Of a DNA stretch of 64,000 nt, positions 22,753 to 37,800 are shown piece by piece; position 1 is the first letter of the stretch; each line of letters opens with the position of its first letter. Under the pieces are notes generated by a model that saw nothing but the letters and a program-made list of their open reading frames with translations, was not told where the DNA came from and did not search any database. Origin of the DNA: a virus; the IMG/VR virus record IMGVR_UViG_3300045125_000064, positions 1-64,000 of that record, one strand, 5' to 3'. The position numbers were made by a program, and so were the translations under genes.

Positions 22753-25700
22753 ATGACAACAAGAGCAAGCAAATATAGACCAAATGAATATCTGTATGAA
22801 GAGTTGAGTCTCATAACATCAGACTATTTTGAATTTAACAAGAGATTTCCAAACAACAAATCCTTTTGGAAGCTTGACAATGCTCTCGATGTTAATCACT
22901 GAGTATACAAGACTTTGATGATACAACTGAAGATTACGATCTGTATCAACTTCAGATTTTTTGTAACTCTGTCAGAAAGCTGCTTAATGTTTCTGAGAAA
23001 CAAGAGCCATTATTATATCAATTTTGGTATAATAAAACTGGAAATGTCTATAAACTAAAAGAAGATAGACTTCCAATTGTTTTCAAGAGATTAAAAGAAA
23101 ATAAGTATAATCTTCCATATGGAGATAACTTATTGATTAAGCTGTTAAAATTACAATCTCCATCTGAAACAAAAGGTCTACCAGATCTTGTCATTAAGAA
23201 AGAATATAAAGATGGTAATCTTCAACTGAAGAATCCGTATACAATAACCCAATTGGAATTTACTGCTGTCATAGAACATTCTTTCTATATTTGGCATAAA
23301 CAAACCTATTCAAATTATCATTCACAATATCTCCCAACCAATTTTAACTGGCCCAACGAGAACAAGGATGGATCAATAGTATCTGTGCGATGTTAAGGGT
23401 GGACCAACAAGAAAGTTTATCCAGTCATATGTGTTGAATACAATGAATCAGACACAACATTGACAGAAGATGCAATAAAATTAAAAGCAAAACAACATCC
23501 TATTGATTATATACAAAAAGATTTTGATATTGGAGATATGAGTTTAACTGTTAAAGTATCGAATGATATTATAAGACCAAATTTAACTGTTAAAAAATAT
23601 TGTGTTTCTTTTTCGTTCTTTGAAGTTTATAATTCATCCAAAAATACAATAATTTATAAAGAAAATTATGATCTATTAAGAATTGCTGTCAATTATATTC
23701 ACAAATATTCATTGACCTTAAAAAAATCAAATAACACAGACACATTGGAAACCTATATTGGAAAATGCAAGAGAATGCAAACTTTCTGAGAGCGTTATCT
23801 GAATCTGGTAAAGATATTCAACACTTTTTTATGGAACCTAAAGAATTATACGATGAGGAAAGAAATATGAAGCTTTCTCCAAATCTTGAGATTCTTCAGA
23901 AGGAATACCAACTAAGACTGAATGATCTCTCAGACTCTTCCGATTCATTCGAGAACATTGCTCGTGGACGCATATAAAGAACAGAGACAAAAATCCGTGT
24001 TCCTCGAAACATATAATCCAGAAAATATATCTGAGAACATTATCTTCTATTTTGATAACACTTTCAATCTTGTTGCAATTGGCTCTAATAAAGAAAAAGA
24101 TATAGATTTTTCTAACAGTGCAATAACAGAAAAGCCAGAGAAAGATGTGCAAGATCATGGTATTATATTCAGATTGGACAATAAGACGGTGGAACCCATC
24201 GAGCAAAACCAATCGTTGACACAAAAAATGATTTGACAAAGCAAGATCTCATCTTCTCTCAAGCAGCAGAATATGGTTCCAGTTAAAGGAGATATTCTAA
24301 TTGCTGAGGAAAATTTCATCATTGACTTCTGGGATCAATTTGGAAAGATTTCAACTGCTGTTGCTGCTGCTGTTTCTGGAAAGATGGAAACAGATAAACT
24401 TGTTGATAAACAAAGGATATTTTTCAAATAGAAAGACATTAAAGCAACAATATTTGTCTGTTAAACAATTAAGTTTTGATCAGTTGTTCACAAAAGTGTA
24501 TCAAAGATGACACATTTGATCCTCTGATAAGAAATAAGACCATCAATTGCTTACTGTATAAGAATGAAGAATTCAAACAGAGACAAGAACAACTCTTGAA
24601 TAAAACCAAACCATTTACTTGGTCTGATTTTATCAATATTTTCCATTATCCAAAACTTAGAATGGTTAAGAAACCACCAACTTCTTCGACTCCAAAACCA
24701 GGAACAAATAAACCAGACATTCCATCTGTTGTGCCACAAGAACCAATTCCACCAGATGATGGAACACCACAACAAGGAAGAAAACCTTGCTTTGAGTTGC
24801 CAGACATTAACATAAAATCTGCTTTAACACCACTTGGACCATCGGATCTCGGAATAATGCAGACAATGAAAGAAGCAGCATCTCTGACTTTGCCAAGATC
24901 TCCATATTCTTGTGTTGAGGATATTAAAGATATCAAATCTTCAGAAGATTTATATGATTTCTTCTTCCACAAGTTTCCTTGGTATGAATTCTTGTCTAGA
25001 TCTATGATAAGTTTAAGAAATGCAATTGCAAATTCATCAATGTCATCTTCTTTTGATGGAATCATGCAAGAAAGCTTACAGTGTATTATTGATGCAGATA
25101 TTACAAGACTTTATTGCACATTTTTAAATATTAGAGATTTGTACGATAATTGCAATGAATATGTTAAAGCTAGTGTTAATTATACAATTTTAACAATTCC
25201 AAAGTTCCAATATATTAATATCTTTGATATCTTCATTGATATAAGAAGACAATTTTATTTATATATTGAAAACTTTATAATTGAATTCGTTGAAAATATT
25301 ATTAGCGTTGCTTTGAAAGACCTTCTCAATACTTGCAAAATGGATTCTTATTTCTGTAGCGCAGGTTTTAAAGATAATGGCAAAATTGTTGAAACGAGCA
25401 AAGAAATATCTAACAAATATTATTTGTATAACAAGAAAGATAATAATGGATATATTTCATTTGACAATATTGGGGATACAAAGTTTTCTGTATCATCTAT
25501 CTCGATCATTGATTTGTTAAATAATGTTAATAAAAAATTAATAATTAAAACAATTTCGTTCTAAATTTAACCTTAAAGAAGGAACATGTTGTTAAATTAT
25601 TTGAGGTTCTAGCATACACAATAGATATTCATTGAGCTATATTCGCTGCTATCTGGTAAATCACCAACTTCTTTGTATATTATTATCAAAAATATTGCAA

Positions 25701-28199
25701 AGAATATTGATGTTGAATTTGGTGAATATTTTTCAATAGATTTTAGAGTGCAGAATTTCTTTAATGAGGTTGCGAAATATTGCAACATGCAAGCTCTTGT
25801 TAATATCATAAATCAATATGACATTATGTTTGAATCTGAACCATGTTCACCAGCACATTCTGTCACAAATGATAATAATGTTCAAGATATAATTGATTCA
25901 TTAAAAGAATCTGGCAAAACAGATCAAGAAGCTCAAGATTATATTCTGGAAAAAATCAATCAAATATCAAGAAATATTCAATCAATTTGTGGATTGTTTG
26001 CAACAAAAGCATTCGATTTGACAGCAGGACTTCCACAATTGATCTCTCAACCATCTGCAAAAATTATCACAAATTATGTAAATGGAATTATGGACATATA
26101 TTATCGCATAAAACAAGATGATACAACTTATTATATTAAAACATATTTTGTTGAGAAATCAGAAGAACTTGTTCCAAAGAAATCTGACTGGAAAATATCA
26201 TTTGATATCATCAATGAATATGATACTGAGGAACAAGCACAACTTAAGAAAATATATGGCAAGGAATATGATGTTGCAATCTATAGTAGTGATAAACAGA
26301 TATTCTTTACAAAAGACGAGGCAGTGATATATCCAGAACAACTTTATCTGTCAAATAAATTTGATATAAGCACAACAGACTGGAAGCAGGTGGCAAGCAA
26401 TATAAACCAAAGTAATATTGTCCAGATTTCACTGACACCACAAGTTATTGAAGAAACATTTTCATCTTTGAGAGAATCTGCATTCAAGACATTTGCAGAG
26501 AAGCAAAACATGCCAAAGTCTTTGAGAGCAGACTTTGTTGGAGCAATATAAAGGCTGTTCAACAAGCGGCTCTTCCAAAGATGAGGCAAACATATAAATC
26601 ATATTCAGCAGAACTCCAGAAGTCTCTTTCGGATAATGCAAACGGACAAGATACAAACAACATTGACGCCATGCTTGCTCAACAACAAGAGATGAAAAAT
26701 CTATTTATTGACATTTGGTAAAAGGAATAAAATGCTAGGATTTCAAACAATACATCATTTTCTAAATGGATTCTCTTCAAAAGAGTTATTAAAAAGATTT
26801 GTGTTTATTAATCTTTTGGAAAATTTTAATTCTCTCAAAAATATCAATAATATAACAGTTGATGATGTTTATGTGAATTATCTATTTCAAAAACTTAAGA
26901 CTGTCCTAACAAAAGAACAGAGAATCCAACTTGTATTTTCTAGTATTTTGTATTATGATCAAAAATATGATTTTTCATCTCAATCTTATTTGGACAATTA
27001 TCATAAAGGGTTGAGAAATATAAAAGACATAATCTATGAGTGCATTCAAGAAGTTATTAATCTTCCATTCTATAAAGATTATATATCTCAAACAAAACCA
27101 GACATTTATATTCCCTATGATTCTGTTCCAAGAGATTCAAAATTCTTCTTATACAATGATGTTACAAAACTAAAACAACCTTCGTCATTTTCTTATACTG
27201 TTGATGACTTATTCTTTATTGATTATTCAATAACGGCAAAGACAAAAGAACAGTATAAAACTGTGAATGCGTCTATTGTTGAAATACAGAAAATGCCAGA
27301 ATGGTTTAAAGATATTATTAAGAGTGTTGCACAATATTGTGAATATAATGAACAATTCCTTGGTCCATTATCTTTTGTGTCTCCAATGGACTTAAGAAAT
27401 GCTTATAATCTTGGAGCTTCAACAGCTTTTTTAAATTTGAATGCTTTGATTTCTCTGGTTAAATATTATATTGAATTGCATGATGGAAGATTCAATATTG
27501 AACAAGCAAAAGAACTTGGACTTCTATATGAAAAAGAAAAGACTGAGAAGTTTTACTTTTCCATGAACATAACAAATCCTGGAGAGTTGATTGCAGAATC
27601 TGTTGCGATTAGAAGAATAATTGAGGCAACTCTGTTTGCAATCAAGAATGTCAATCTCTCATCCAGACTCAACATGAAACTTCTTCCATCTGATGACAAC
27701 TTCTCAGGATTGACACAACTTGTTTCTGGAACAAAGGAATTTCAATTGTTGCAGATAATGTATAAGCCACAAGCAATTTTCTCTGGAATTGTTGATCAAG
27801 AGACAATAAAGAAACAATTATCACAGATAAATCAAGAAATATATAATTTTAAAGAATTTCAATATACATCATATGAAAATGGTGTTGCAAATACAATTGT
27901 ATTCTTGACACTTTATGAGAATCTAAATTCAATGAAAAAATATAGCTTTGATAATTTTGATAACAAAATTCAACAAGCCGTTTTGAACATTATGACAAAT
28001 CAAGTTCCAATAATCATTAATGATCTTCTTGCTTTCAAGTTTATCAAGCCAGCATCAACAATCCTTGAGAACATCAATTCAGATGAAGCACTAAAAGATA
28101 ATGCAGCTTATCAAGCATCTCTTGCACAGTTTAATAACTTTGGGGAACAGCATATTTAGTATGCTGGGAGGTTACAGCAATTATAAGGAGATGCTATAA
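22753..28199 (+). CDS. Very large hypothetical virion-associated protein (~1800 aa if a single gene; frameshifted)
   Basis: Chain of contiguous + ORFs from 23133 to 28159 without clear internal starts; lies between the spike and gp25. Confidence 0.45.
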
Positions 28200-28594
28200 T
28201 GACAGACAAAGTTCTAAATGGTATGTCAGTGTATCTTCCAATTGTTTATGATCCTGTTGATGGACCATTCAAACTTAACAAAGATTTGAAGTCAACAATC
28301 CAAACAAACTTCAAGAACCTGTTATTTACACTTCCAGGAGAGAAAATAATGGATCCAGAGTTTGGAATTGGAATTCAAAGCATGCTATTTGATTTATATT
28401 CTTTAGATAGAATATCTGAATTAAAATCCACCGTCAATAAACAGATAAACAAATATATGCCATTTTTGTCAATTGTTGAATTCAATGTGGATGACTCAAA
28501 AATGAATGAGAACGCAATATTCTTGGAGATAAAATATTATATTCATCCATTGGACACTGTTGATGTTTTGAAAGAATTGTTGGTAAAGGAATAA
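28199..28594 (+). CDS. Baseplate wedge subunit gp25/GPW-like
   Basis: NFKNLLFTLPGEKIMDPEFGIGIQSMLF...QINKYMPFL. Confidence 0.9.
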   Translation: MTDKVLNGMSVYLPIVYDPVDGPFKLNKDLKSTIQTNFKNLLFTLPGEKIMDPEFGIGIQSMLFDLYSLDRISELKSTVNKQINKYMPFLSIVEFNVDDSKMNENAIFLEIKYYIHPLDTVDVLKELLVKE

Positions 28595-28599
28595 AATAA

Positions 28600-30018
28600 A
28601 TGTTAAAGAGATATCAAGCGTCAAAAGACACAACAATAACAAATGCTTTTAAGGCAAATCTTCAGACAAGAGGAACTGCTTCAAACATGGGAGAATCAGA
28701 TATTCTTGAAGTGTTCTCCATTTATGGTCAAGCTTCATCTGGTTCTCAAGAAGAATCAAGAGTTCTTATTCAGTTTCCAATTTTGACAGATCTAAAACAA
28801 GATATTCAGAATAACATTGTTCCAGCAACAGCATCATATTTTCTGAAGTTATTCAATGCAGAACATGCAGAAACATTGCCAACAAAATTCACCTTGAACA
28901 CCCATCCAGTCATAACAGAATGGGAAGAAGGATATGGCTTGGATATGAGCGAATATTCAGATCTTGGTGCTGCCAATTGGCAATCTGGTTCAACAAATGT
29001 CGCTTGGACAGCAAATGGTGGAGATTATTCAACTGGTTCATATTTTTCTTTCTATTTTGATAAAGGCTACGAAGATATGGAACTTGACATAACATCGTTG
29101 GTTTCATCATCTCTTGCTCAAAATTCAGATAATGGATTCCTTATCAAATTGACAGATTCAGAGTTATCTCAGCAATATAGCTATTACACAAAGGAAATTC
29201 TTTGCAAGAGGTTCAGAATTCTTCTTTGATAGACCTGTTCTGGAAGTAAGATGGGATGATTCAAAGAGAGACAATAGAGGTAACTTCCACAAGTCATCAT
29301 CCTTGGCAACAAGCGAAGAAAACTTGAACACACACTTTATTTCTATAATTCAAAGAATGGCGTCTTGGAGAGATATTCCAAGTGTTGGAACAGGAAGCAT
29401 CTATGTGAAATTATTTGATTCTGTTGGCTCTGGTTCGTTGGAAATTCCTCTTCCTTATGGTGGTGGAGTCTCTACAAATGGAGATACAATAGCAACCGGC
29501 TCTTGGGTATCAACTGGTGTTTACAAGGCTTCTATGGCTCTATTCCGCCTCAAATAGCACCATATATGATGTGTGGCAAGATTCAAATGGTAATCAACTG
29601 CACACAGGGTCAGCAATCACAGTTCATGAATATGAAACTTCAGATTATCAAGATTATCTATTGTCAATGCCAGGGCTGAAAAAGAGTTATCATAATTCAG
29701 AACAACAATTCAGTTTATACATAAGACCAAGAAACTGGACACCAACTGTTTATACTGTTTCTCAGACAACTCCAGAAATGACTTATCTAGATAATATATA
29801 CTTTAGAGTAATAAGAGAAATAGACGGTAGGGTGGTGGTGCCATATGGTACAGGGTCAAACGAAACAAGAGTTTCCTATAAATCTGGAGAATATTATTTC
29901 AAATTTGATTGTTCAATGCTGGAGCCAGATTATTTATATAGCTTTTCAGTTTATGCTGTCAGACGGACAGATGAAAAAGCAGTTTCCTGATAAATTCAAA
30001 TTTAAGGTACAACAATAA
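28600..30018 (+). CDS. Virion structural protein, DNRLRE-like N-terminal beta-sandwich (frameshifted)
   Basis: ASKDTTI, SRVLIQF, LKLFNA, WEEG.G, NGFLIK, RPVLEVRWDD; between gp25 and gp6. Confidence 0.6.
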
Positions 30019-31813
30019 TGTCAACAAAGAAAAAAATACCTATTAATTACACAGCAAAAGATTTCTCATCAATTAAAGATGAGCTTATCAATTTTATTAA
30101 GGTAAATTATGAAGGAACTTATAAAGACTTTAATGAAGCTTCATTTGGTTCAATGCTTTTTTGACCTTGTTGCATATATTGGTGATCAAGCAGCATTTTA
30201 TATTGATTATTCCTTAAATGAAAATAATATTGACACAGCAGTTGAACTGAAGAATGTTTTAAAACTTGCAAAGCAAAAGAGGCTACAAATTCACAAATTC
30301 GCAAACGTCAACTTGTAAGTGTGCCTTTTACGTTGTGGTGCCAGTCTCTACCGCTGGCAACGGCCCTAATTCTGAGCTAATTCCGATCCTCAAAAAGGGC
30401 ACCACATTAATGTCATCTGGTGGAGTTTCATTTTTGCTAAATGAAGATGTTGACTTTAATATTCCATCAACAAAAGTTTCTGTTTATGACATTGATGAAA
30501 ATGGTGCCGCAAGCAGTTTTGCATTCAAAGCATATGGAACTGTTATATCTGGTGAAGTTGCAGTTCAAACAATAGAAGTCGGAGATTATACAAAGTTCTT
30601 AAAATTGACTTTAGATGATCAATATATCCAAGAAATTATGAAGATTGAAGATTCTGAAGGAAATGAATATTTTGAGGTGGATTATCTTTCACAAGACACA
30701 ATTTATGAACCAATTAAAAACAAAGACACTGCAACAGATGCAAACTATATTTTAAAAGCAAAAAGAGTTGCAAGAAGATTCATTGTTGAACAGGATGATG
30801 AAGGATATACAACAGTTCAATTTGGCTATGGTTCACAGCCACTTTCAATTGAAGAAGAGTTCCCTGATCCAATCAATGCAGCAATTGACCTTGGAGGAAA
30901 GAACTATTTCAGTGAACATTCGTTTGATCCAACAAAATTGATTAAGACAGAAAAGTTTGGTGTCGTTCCAGTGAATACAAGTTTGACAATAACATATAGA
31001 AGGAACAACTCTCAGAATGTTAATGCTTCAGTTGGTTCAATCAATTCGGTAACAGGACCAATTGTTGATTTCCCAACAACTTCAAATTATTCAATGTCAC
31101 AGAAATTGTCATTAATTTCCCAATTTGAAGTTGACAATGAGGAAAATGCAGTTGGAGATACCATTGATGTGTCAACAGATGAAATAAGACAAAGAGCAAA
31201 AGATATTTTCTTCTCACAGAATAGAGCAGTGTCAGAGCAAGATTATAAAACACTTTGCTATGCAATGCCACAAGGATTTGGTTCAATAAAGAGAGTGAAT
31301 ATTATTCAAGACAAGAATTCGCTTAAAAGAAATTTGAATCTCTATATTGTGTCTGAGGATAAAGATGGTTATCTATGTCATACGCCAGATGTTGTTAAAA
31401 CCAATTTAAAAACCTGGCTTGCAAATTATAAAATGATTAATGATACAGTTGATATCCTTGATGCAAAAGTCATTAATATTTCTGTATATTTTAAAGTCCA
31501 AGGAAAAAATGGAAAGACAGAAAGTGATATTAAATCAGTGTGCTTGCAAGAATTGAAGAAACTGCTATATGATGCAAAATTGGACATTGGTGAGCCATTA
31601 CGCATTTCAGACATTTATAAGACATTGAACAGAATCCCTGAAGTGATTGATACAAAAGATGTTATAATCAAGGTTAACACATTGTCAGGTTATTCATCAT
31701 CCAATTTTTCAGTTGAGAAGTATTTATCTAAAGACGGAAAGACTCTGTATCTTCCAGAGGACAGCATCTTTGAGATAAAATACATTAAAGATATCGCTGG
31801 GGAATTGGTATAA
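30018..31813 (+). CDS. Baseplate wedge subunit, T4 gp6/baseplate J-like
   Basis: INYTAKDFSSIKDEL, YKDFNEAS.G, AYIGDQ.AFYID, VQFGYG, QNRAVSEQDY. Confidence 0.88.
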
Positions 31814-31818
31814 AATAA

Positions 31819-34800
31819 ATGATCAAGAACATATTTGAAAATTCAAAGCAAGTTAAATCTCTTGGAGATTTTGTTAACAAATCATCTTCATTACAGGATT
31901 TTCAAGAATATGAATCATACCAATATGTTAACGAACTATATGTTAATAATCAAGAAAGTTTTTCTGATATTGATTTTCTGACTATTCAAACTTTGTCAAA
32001 TATGGATCTGCCAAGAAATACTTTGAAAATCTTGTTTCAAAGATTACACAGTTATATCCCTATGATGGTTCTGAAGCAGAGAAATTAAGATTCTATAATT
32101 CTTTGACTCCATATGAACAATATGAATTTGAAAACAATTATCCAAGAGCAACTGGTTCAATAAGATTTGGCGTAGCTTCAGATGGTTCGCATACTTGGAC
32201 AAATGCAACAGCAAGTATACACAATGGTTTTGGCTCTTCATCGTTGCCACAATACATCCAATTTGTTGGTGATTCAATAACAAACGTCTACGACACAACC
32301 AAGAATCTTGATAATAATCTGAAAGTTGATTTCTCCCAGGGATTCACAATTGAATTCTGGATGAACAAGGCAATGTGGGCAGATCCAGTTCTTGAAACAG
32401 AAAAAGAGGTTATTTATCATTTATATGATATTGAAAAATATAGAAGATTCTTGATTTATGTTGACACAAGCTTAGACAATAAAGGATTCAAGGTTGAATA
32501 TGAATCTGGAGATGGAACAGACCTCACTTGGATAACAGAAATTGACCAGTTAATAAGAGTTTCTTCGACAGATTTAGCAGATAATAATTGGCATCATTAT
32601 GCATTGACAATCTCAACAGGTTCAACTGGATTTGTTGTGGAAGCATACAAAGACGGTTCATTTGTGTCAGTAGAGACATATGCGAATATGGCACCAGAAA
32701 CAGTAATATCTGGGAGCTTGGTTGGAACAATAGGTTCCCTTGGTGCAAAATATTCAACAGGAACAGCTATTGGACATGGCAAAATTATTGCTGATTTTGA
32801 TGACTTCAGAGTTTGGAAAGAAAGAAGAACTGCCAAGGATATAAAGGAAAATTATTTTTGTTCTGTTGGTGGCGGAAATAATACAGACTTTGACAAGAAT
32901 AACAATCTCAGTCTTTACTACAAATTCAACGAAGGAATCACTGGTGATATTTCAAAAGATGAAGTTATTCTTGACTATAGCGGAAGATTAACAAACGCAA
33001 TATATGAGGGCTATCATGAACATTGCAGACAATATGATTCTGCAATGACAAACGAAAAAGCAGATCCAATTATTTATATTGAAAATCAATATGTTGTTGA
33101 TTATCAAGATTTAAGATTAACTGATGCTGAAAATTATGATAATTCAAACAACTCTTGTATCTTAAACAATGTACCATCATGGTTAATAGAAAAAGATGAG
33201 GATAGCCAAGCTTTGGCTAATTTCTTACATATAATAGGCAGCTATTTTGATGTGCTATTTAACCAAATCGAAGGTATAACTAAAAATAATCATGTGATTT
33301 ATTCTGAGAACAAAAAGAATAAGTACATAAAAAGATACATTAGCATCATATGGCTTTGAGTTTGATGACATACTAAATTACATTGAACAATATAAACTTA
33401 ACAAAAATATTGATTCTGAAAATGAAATTATTTACGAAAAACAAGTACAAGATATCAAAAATATTATTTATAAAAATATCTATAATAATTTAGCATATAT
33501 TGCAAAGTCAAAAGGTACTGAAAAGAGTTTTAGAAACTTAATAAGATGTTTTGGTATTGATGAAAATGTTGTGGAAATAAATTATTATTCTGACGGCACA
33601 AAATATGGCCTAGAAAATGAAAGAGTAAGCAAACTTATTCCAAAATCTTATATTGATTTTTCATTATATTCTGCGGACAACAACTCTCAAGCAACACTAT
33701 ATCAAAAAGAAGATTCTTTGGATGCAACATCATTTGGATTTATAACCGCATCAGCAGCAAACACTCCAATTTCATTTGAATGTAATATTTCTTTGCCAAA
33801 AGATGTAGATAGACAGCTTCCACTTCAAACAGAATATTCAATTTTTGGCTGTCATTCGCTAGAAAACGAAATTGACGCAACTTGGAAGACTTCTGGTGAT
33901 TATGCTTTTAATGTTTATGTCATAAAAGACCACAATAATGTAAAATTTGCGGTTTCATCTTCGATGTTGTCATCAGTTTTAACATCATCATATTTTTCAG
34001 ATGGTTATATGAATGACGATTGGACTCTGAATGTGCAAATCTATCCACAAAAAGACGAAATATATGGTGGTTCTTCCGACTACTATTTGAAATTCTGTGG
34101 TGTTAGAGTTATTTCTCAAGATTTATACGATAGTTTTGAAGTTTCTTCAAGTATTTCATCTGCAACTGGTTCACAATTTTTGCTAAACAACAAAAATGTA
34201 TTTGCTGGAGCACACAAAACCGACATGACTGGTGGTTTACTCATGTCATCAAATATAAAACTATATTCAGTACGCTCATTCTTAGAAAAGAATACTCTCG
34301 AAGAGATAAAAAATAGAGCAAATGACATAGAAAATCTAGGAAAAAATACAAAGAATTCAAGTTTTTACAAAAATTATCATATTCCACAATATAATTCTGT
34401 TATTTTGGACTGGACATTTGATGATTTACCATATGTTGATGATGGTGCTGGAAGATATGTGCAAGATTGCTCATTTGGTTCTGAAAAATATGGCATATTA
34501 AACAATATTTTGAATAAAAATCTTACTGGTGTTATTGATGGTCTTGATCGAAAACAGTGGAAGAAGAGAGACTATAAAGAAATTTTCCAAATTTCACATC
34601 CAAATAAATGTAATGGTGAATATGGTATAAATATTAATATTTTTGATGATTTAGAATTTTCAAAAGATTCAATTCCAAAAACAAATGTGTTTATTACTGT
34701 TGAATCAAGTTTGTATGAAAAAATTTCACAGAGAATGTTGAATTTAATTAATTCAAGAAAAGAATTTTCGAATTTTATTGCTCCATTTACTGCATTTTCA

Positions 34801-37800
34801 AAAAATAACCAACAATTAAACAAATTTAATGAACTTTTTTTGAAAAGGCGAATGAAGTTGCTGATTTTGATAGATTTTTAGATTTATATAGAGTTGTAGA
34901 ATCTGCAATAAATTCTGTTATTTCAAATATTTTCCCTGCGTCAGCAAATTATAATGATAATTTGAGCTTTATACTTGAAAGTCATGCATTTGAGAGAAAT
35001 AAGATTGAAAGAACAATTTCAACAGCATCAGTCTCAACAATTGGGTCAAGCAAACAACCTGATTCTGGATTTACACCATTTCAATCTATGCCAAATCTAT
35101 CGAATGTTGTCATTGCAGTGAATTCGTTGGGACAAAAACTAAAATAAAAGTTTCAGCAATGAAGAGTTTCATTGATTCAGGATATGATCCGACAAATCTC
35201 GGTCTATCAGCAGATTCATTCTTGATAATTGGCACATTCACTGGTGAATTTGGTTATTATTACAATTCTATAGGGTCAGAAACATATTCTTTGTATATTC
35301 CTCCAAATTCTTCAACTAGTTTTGATGGAATATCTGTTAACAAAAGAAAATATACAAATTTTTATTATGAATCTGCAAACAATATAGCCAATGAATCATT
35401 TAGAGAACGAATAATGCAACAATTATACAATTATTCTTCAAAAAGACCAGTTGATTCTGAGGCTTCAAAAACATTATGGTCAAAACTTGCAAAAGAAAGA
35501 AATGATAGCTCTTCAAGAATGCAAATCCATGATAATGCTAGAAATGAATACCTAGTTGGAAGACAAATATACTGTGAGAGTATAGATGATACAGTTCCTT
35601 GCTTCTCTTCGAATATTTTTGATGTTAACAACTCTTCTGGACAAGAATATACTGTGCTAAAAATAAAGAATGATAGATATTTATATGAAGAAGTTGATGG
35701 TATCAATCCAAGAAATATTTTAAGGTTGCAGAAACAATAAAATGAATGATTTAAACAATAATCCAATTTATATTCTCAAAGTTGACGATACTCAAGAACA
35801 CAATGCTGTCAATACAGTTGACAATATTATTTATTTTACTGTATATGGGCAACACAACAGAGACTTTGGCAGTGAATATAACAAATTAAGATCTGGTCTT
35901 AGATTCATATATGATCAAAGTTATAAGCACAGAAACTGCGAAATAAATACTGGTACAGATAGTGAAACCGATCGACCAGAAATCTTCAAAATATCTCTTA
36001 ATCAATTAGATTCATCAATCTCCATAATAAATCCAAGATTGGATGTTATATCTCACAATCCAACACAGGTCAGATATAATGAAGATAGAGCTATCTCAAA
36101 TATAGTTTATAGACCAGAAACAGATTATAATTTTAGTGCTGAAACATATTCACCAGTTGCAGATTATGAATTTACTTCAAGTTTAGATATTAATTATAGA
36201 AATAGACATGCTAGACAAAACTATAATAGAAATCAAGCATCAAGTTCTGGCTATTTGGATTTTGACAATAAAGAAATGGGAGAGTTTGTAAGATATCCAA
36301 TAGGAGAATCTGTCTCATCTTCTTGGTGGGTCAATCAAGCTGTAGGAACTATTTCAGTTTCAGACACCAGAACTTCTATGAATCTTGCGCAAGATACTTT
36401 TGATACAACAACATCAAAATATAGATTATCCCAACAAACTGTTAAATGGTTAACTGGCAAACATTATTTCTATAACATAAATCATTATCGTAAAAGAAGA
36501 CAATAGTGTGTCTTCAAAAGAAGATGGAACAAAAACTTTAAAAACTAAAGAATGCCCAGTTGTTAATAAATTCTATGATTTAGAACAAACATTTGCTGCT
36601 GATGGTCATGTATATTCAATAAAATATCCATATGCAAGAAAAAATATTACATTTGGAAATACATTTTTATCTTTAAATGAATATGAAAAAATAACATCTG
36701 CAAACTATAAACGATTTATAAATAGAAAATATAACAACAGCATAATAAGACTGTTAAAGAACAACAAAATAAGAAATATTGTGTCTTATAAAGAAAATGT
36801 TTGGCCAAGACAAGAAAGGCAAGGACATACGGAAAGTGTGTTAAGAACAAATTATGATTTTCCTTGGTCATATTCTTTGACTGAAAGAGTTACATCTGGT
36901 GGACATATAACACAATATAATAAACTATATGGAAAGTTTTCCATAACAACAACTTATTCTACAATGTCTTCTGGCCATTAGATACATATTATCGTTCTGG
37001 GCAGAATCATAATGGAGAAATGATGCAAGGTGATAGTCAAGCCAGCTATACAGATTTTGCAGTTGACCCTTACACCATTTCTAGATTTTTACATGCTTCA
37101 TACGGAAGAATTATAGCAGTTCATCCAACTTCATCAGACTCAATCATTCCAATAAATGATGTATTTGATTATTATCCAGATGAAGAGAGATATTTGGGGC
37201 CAATATATGTTGAGAATAATAACAAAGCACTATATTTAAACAAATTTTATGATAATTATTCATTAATACCCGAATATACACACAATTCTGTGATTGATTC
37301 TCTAATCAACCAAACAGCATCAAATCTAAGCGATGATCTAAACAAACTTAATATTTCAGGAACAATCTCTTATGATTCTTTGACAACAGAGAATGATAAA
37401 ATTGATTTCTATGAAAACTATGTTAATTCAGATACTTTGTCTTGTGTAGATGATATCCAAGAAAGTGGAAAGCTTAAAAACATAAAGATTAATTTTGATT
37501 GTGTTACCAACTTCACACCATATGAAGGCTTCTATCCTGTTCAAAGAATTATGCAATTAAATCGTTTATTCTACAACAATTATAATTCTTTAATTCAAAC
37601 AACTGGAAGCGACCTGAATATCTTTCCAATTGTTAAGCCATTATTTGGCGTTTTAATGAACTCAATTCGTTCATGTGTAGCTGTTGATTATCCATATTTA
37701 ACTTCTCATAATCTTCCAACAACATCTGTGCCAAACATTTATGGTGGACCAAATATATCTCAGCTTAACAAGAGCACATGGACAGCTTCATTTGAATGCA

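Noticed and set aside
28148-28166. CAGCATA-tttag-TATGCTG inverted repeat
   Set aside because: It has a 7-bp stem and no U-tract, and is probably still coding (a shifted frame runs to TAATG at 28197). Kept only as a promoter-motif instance.
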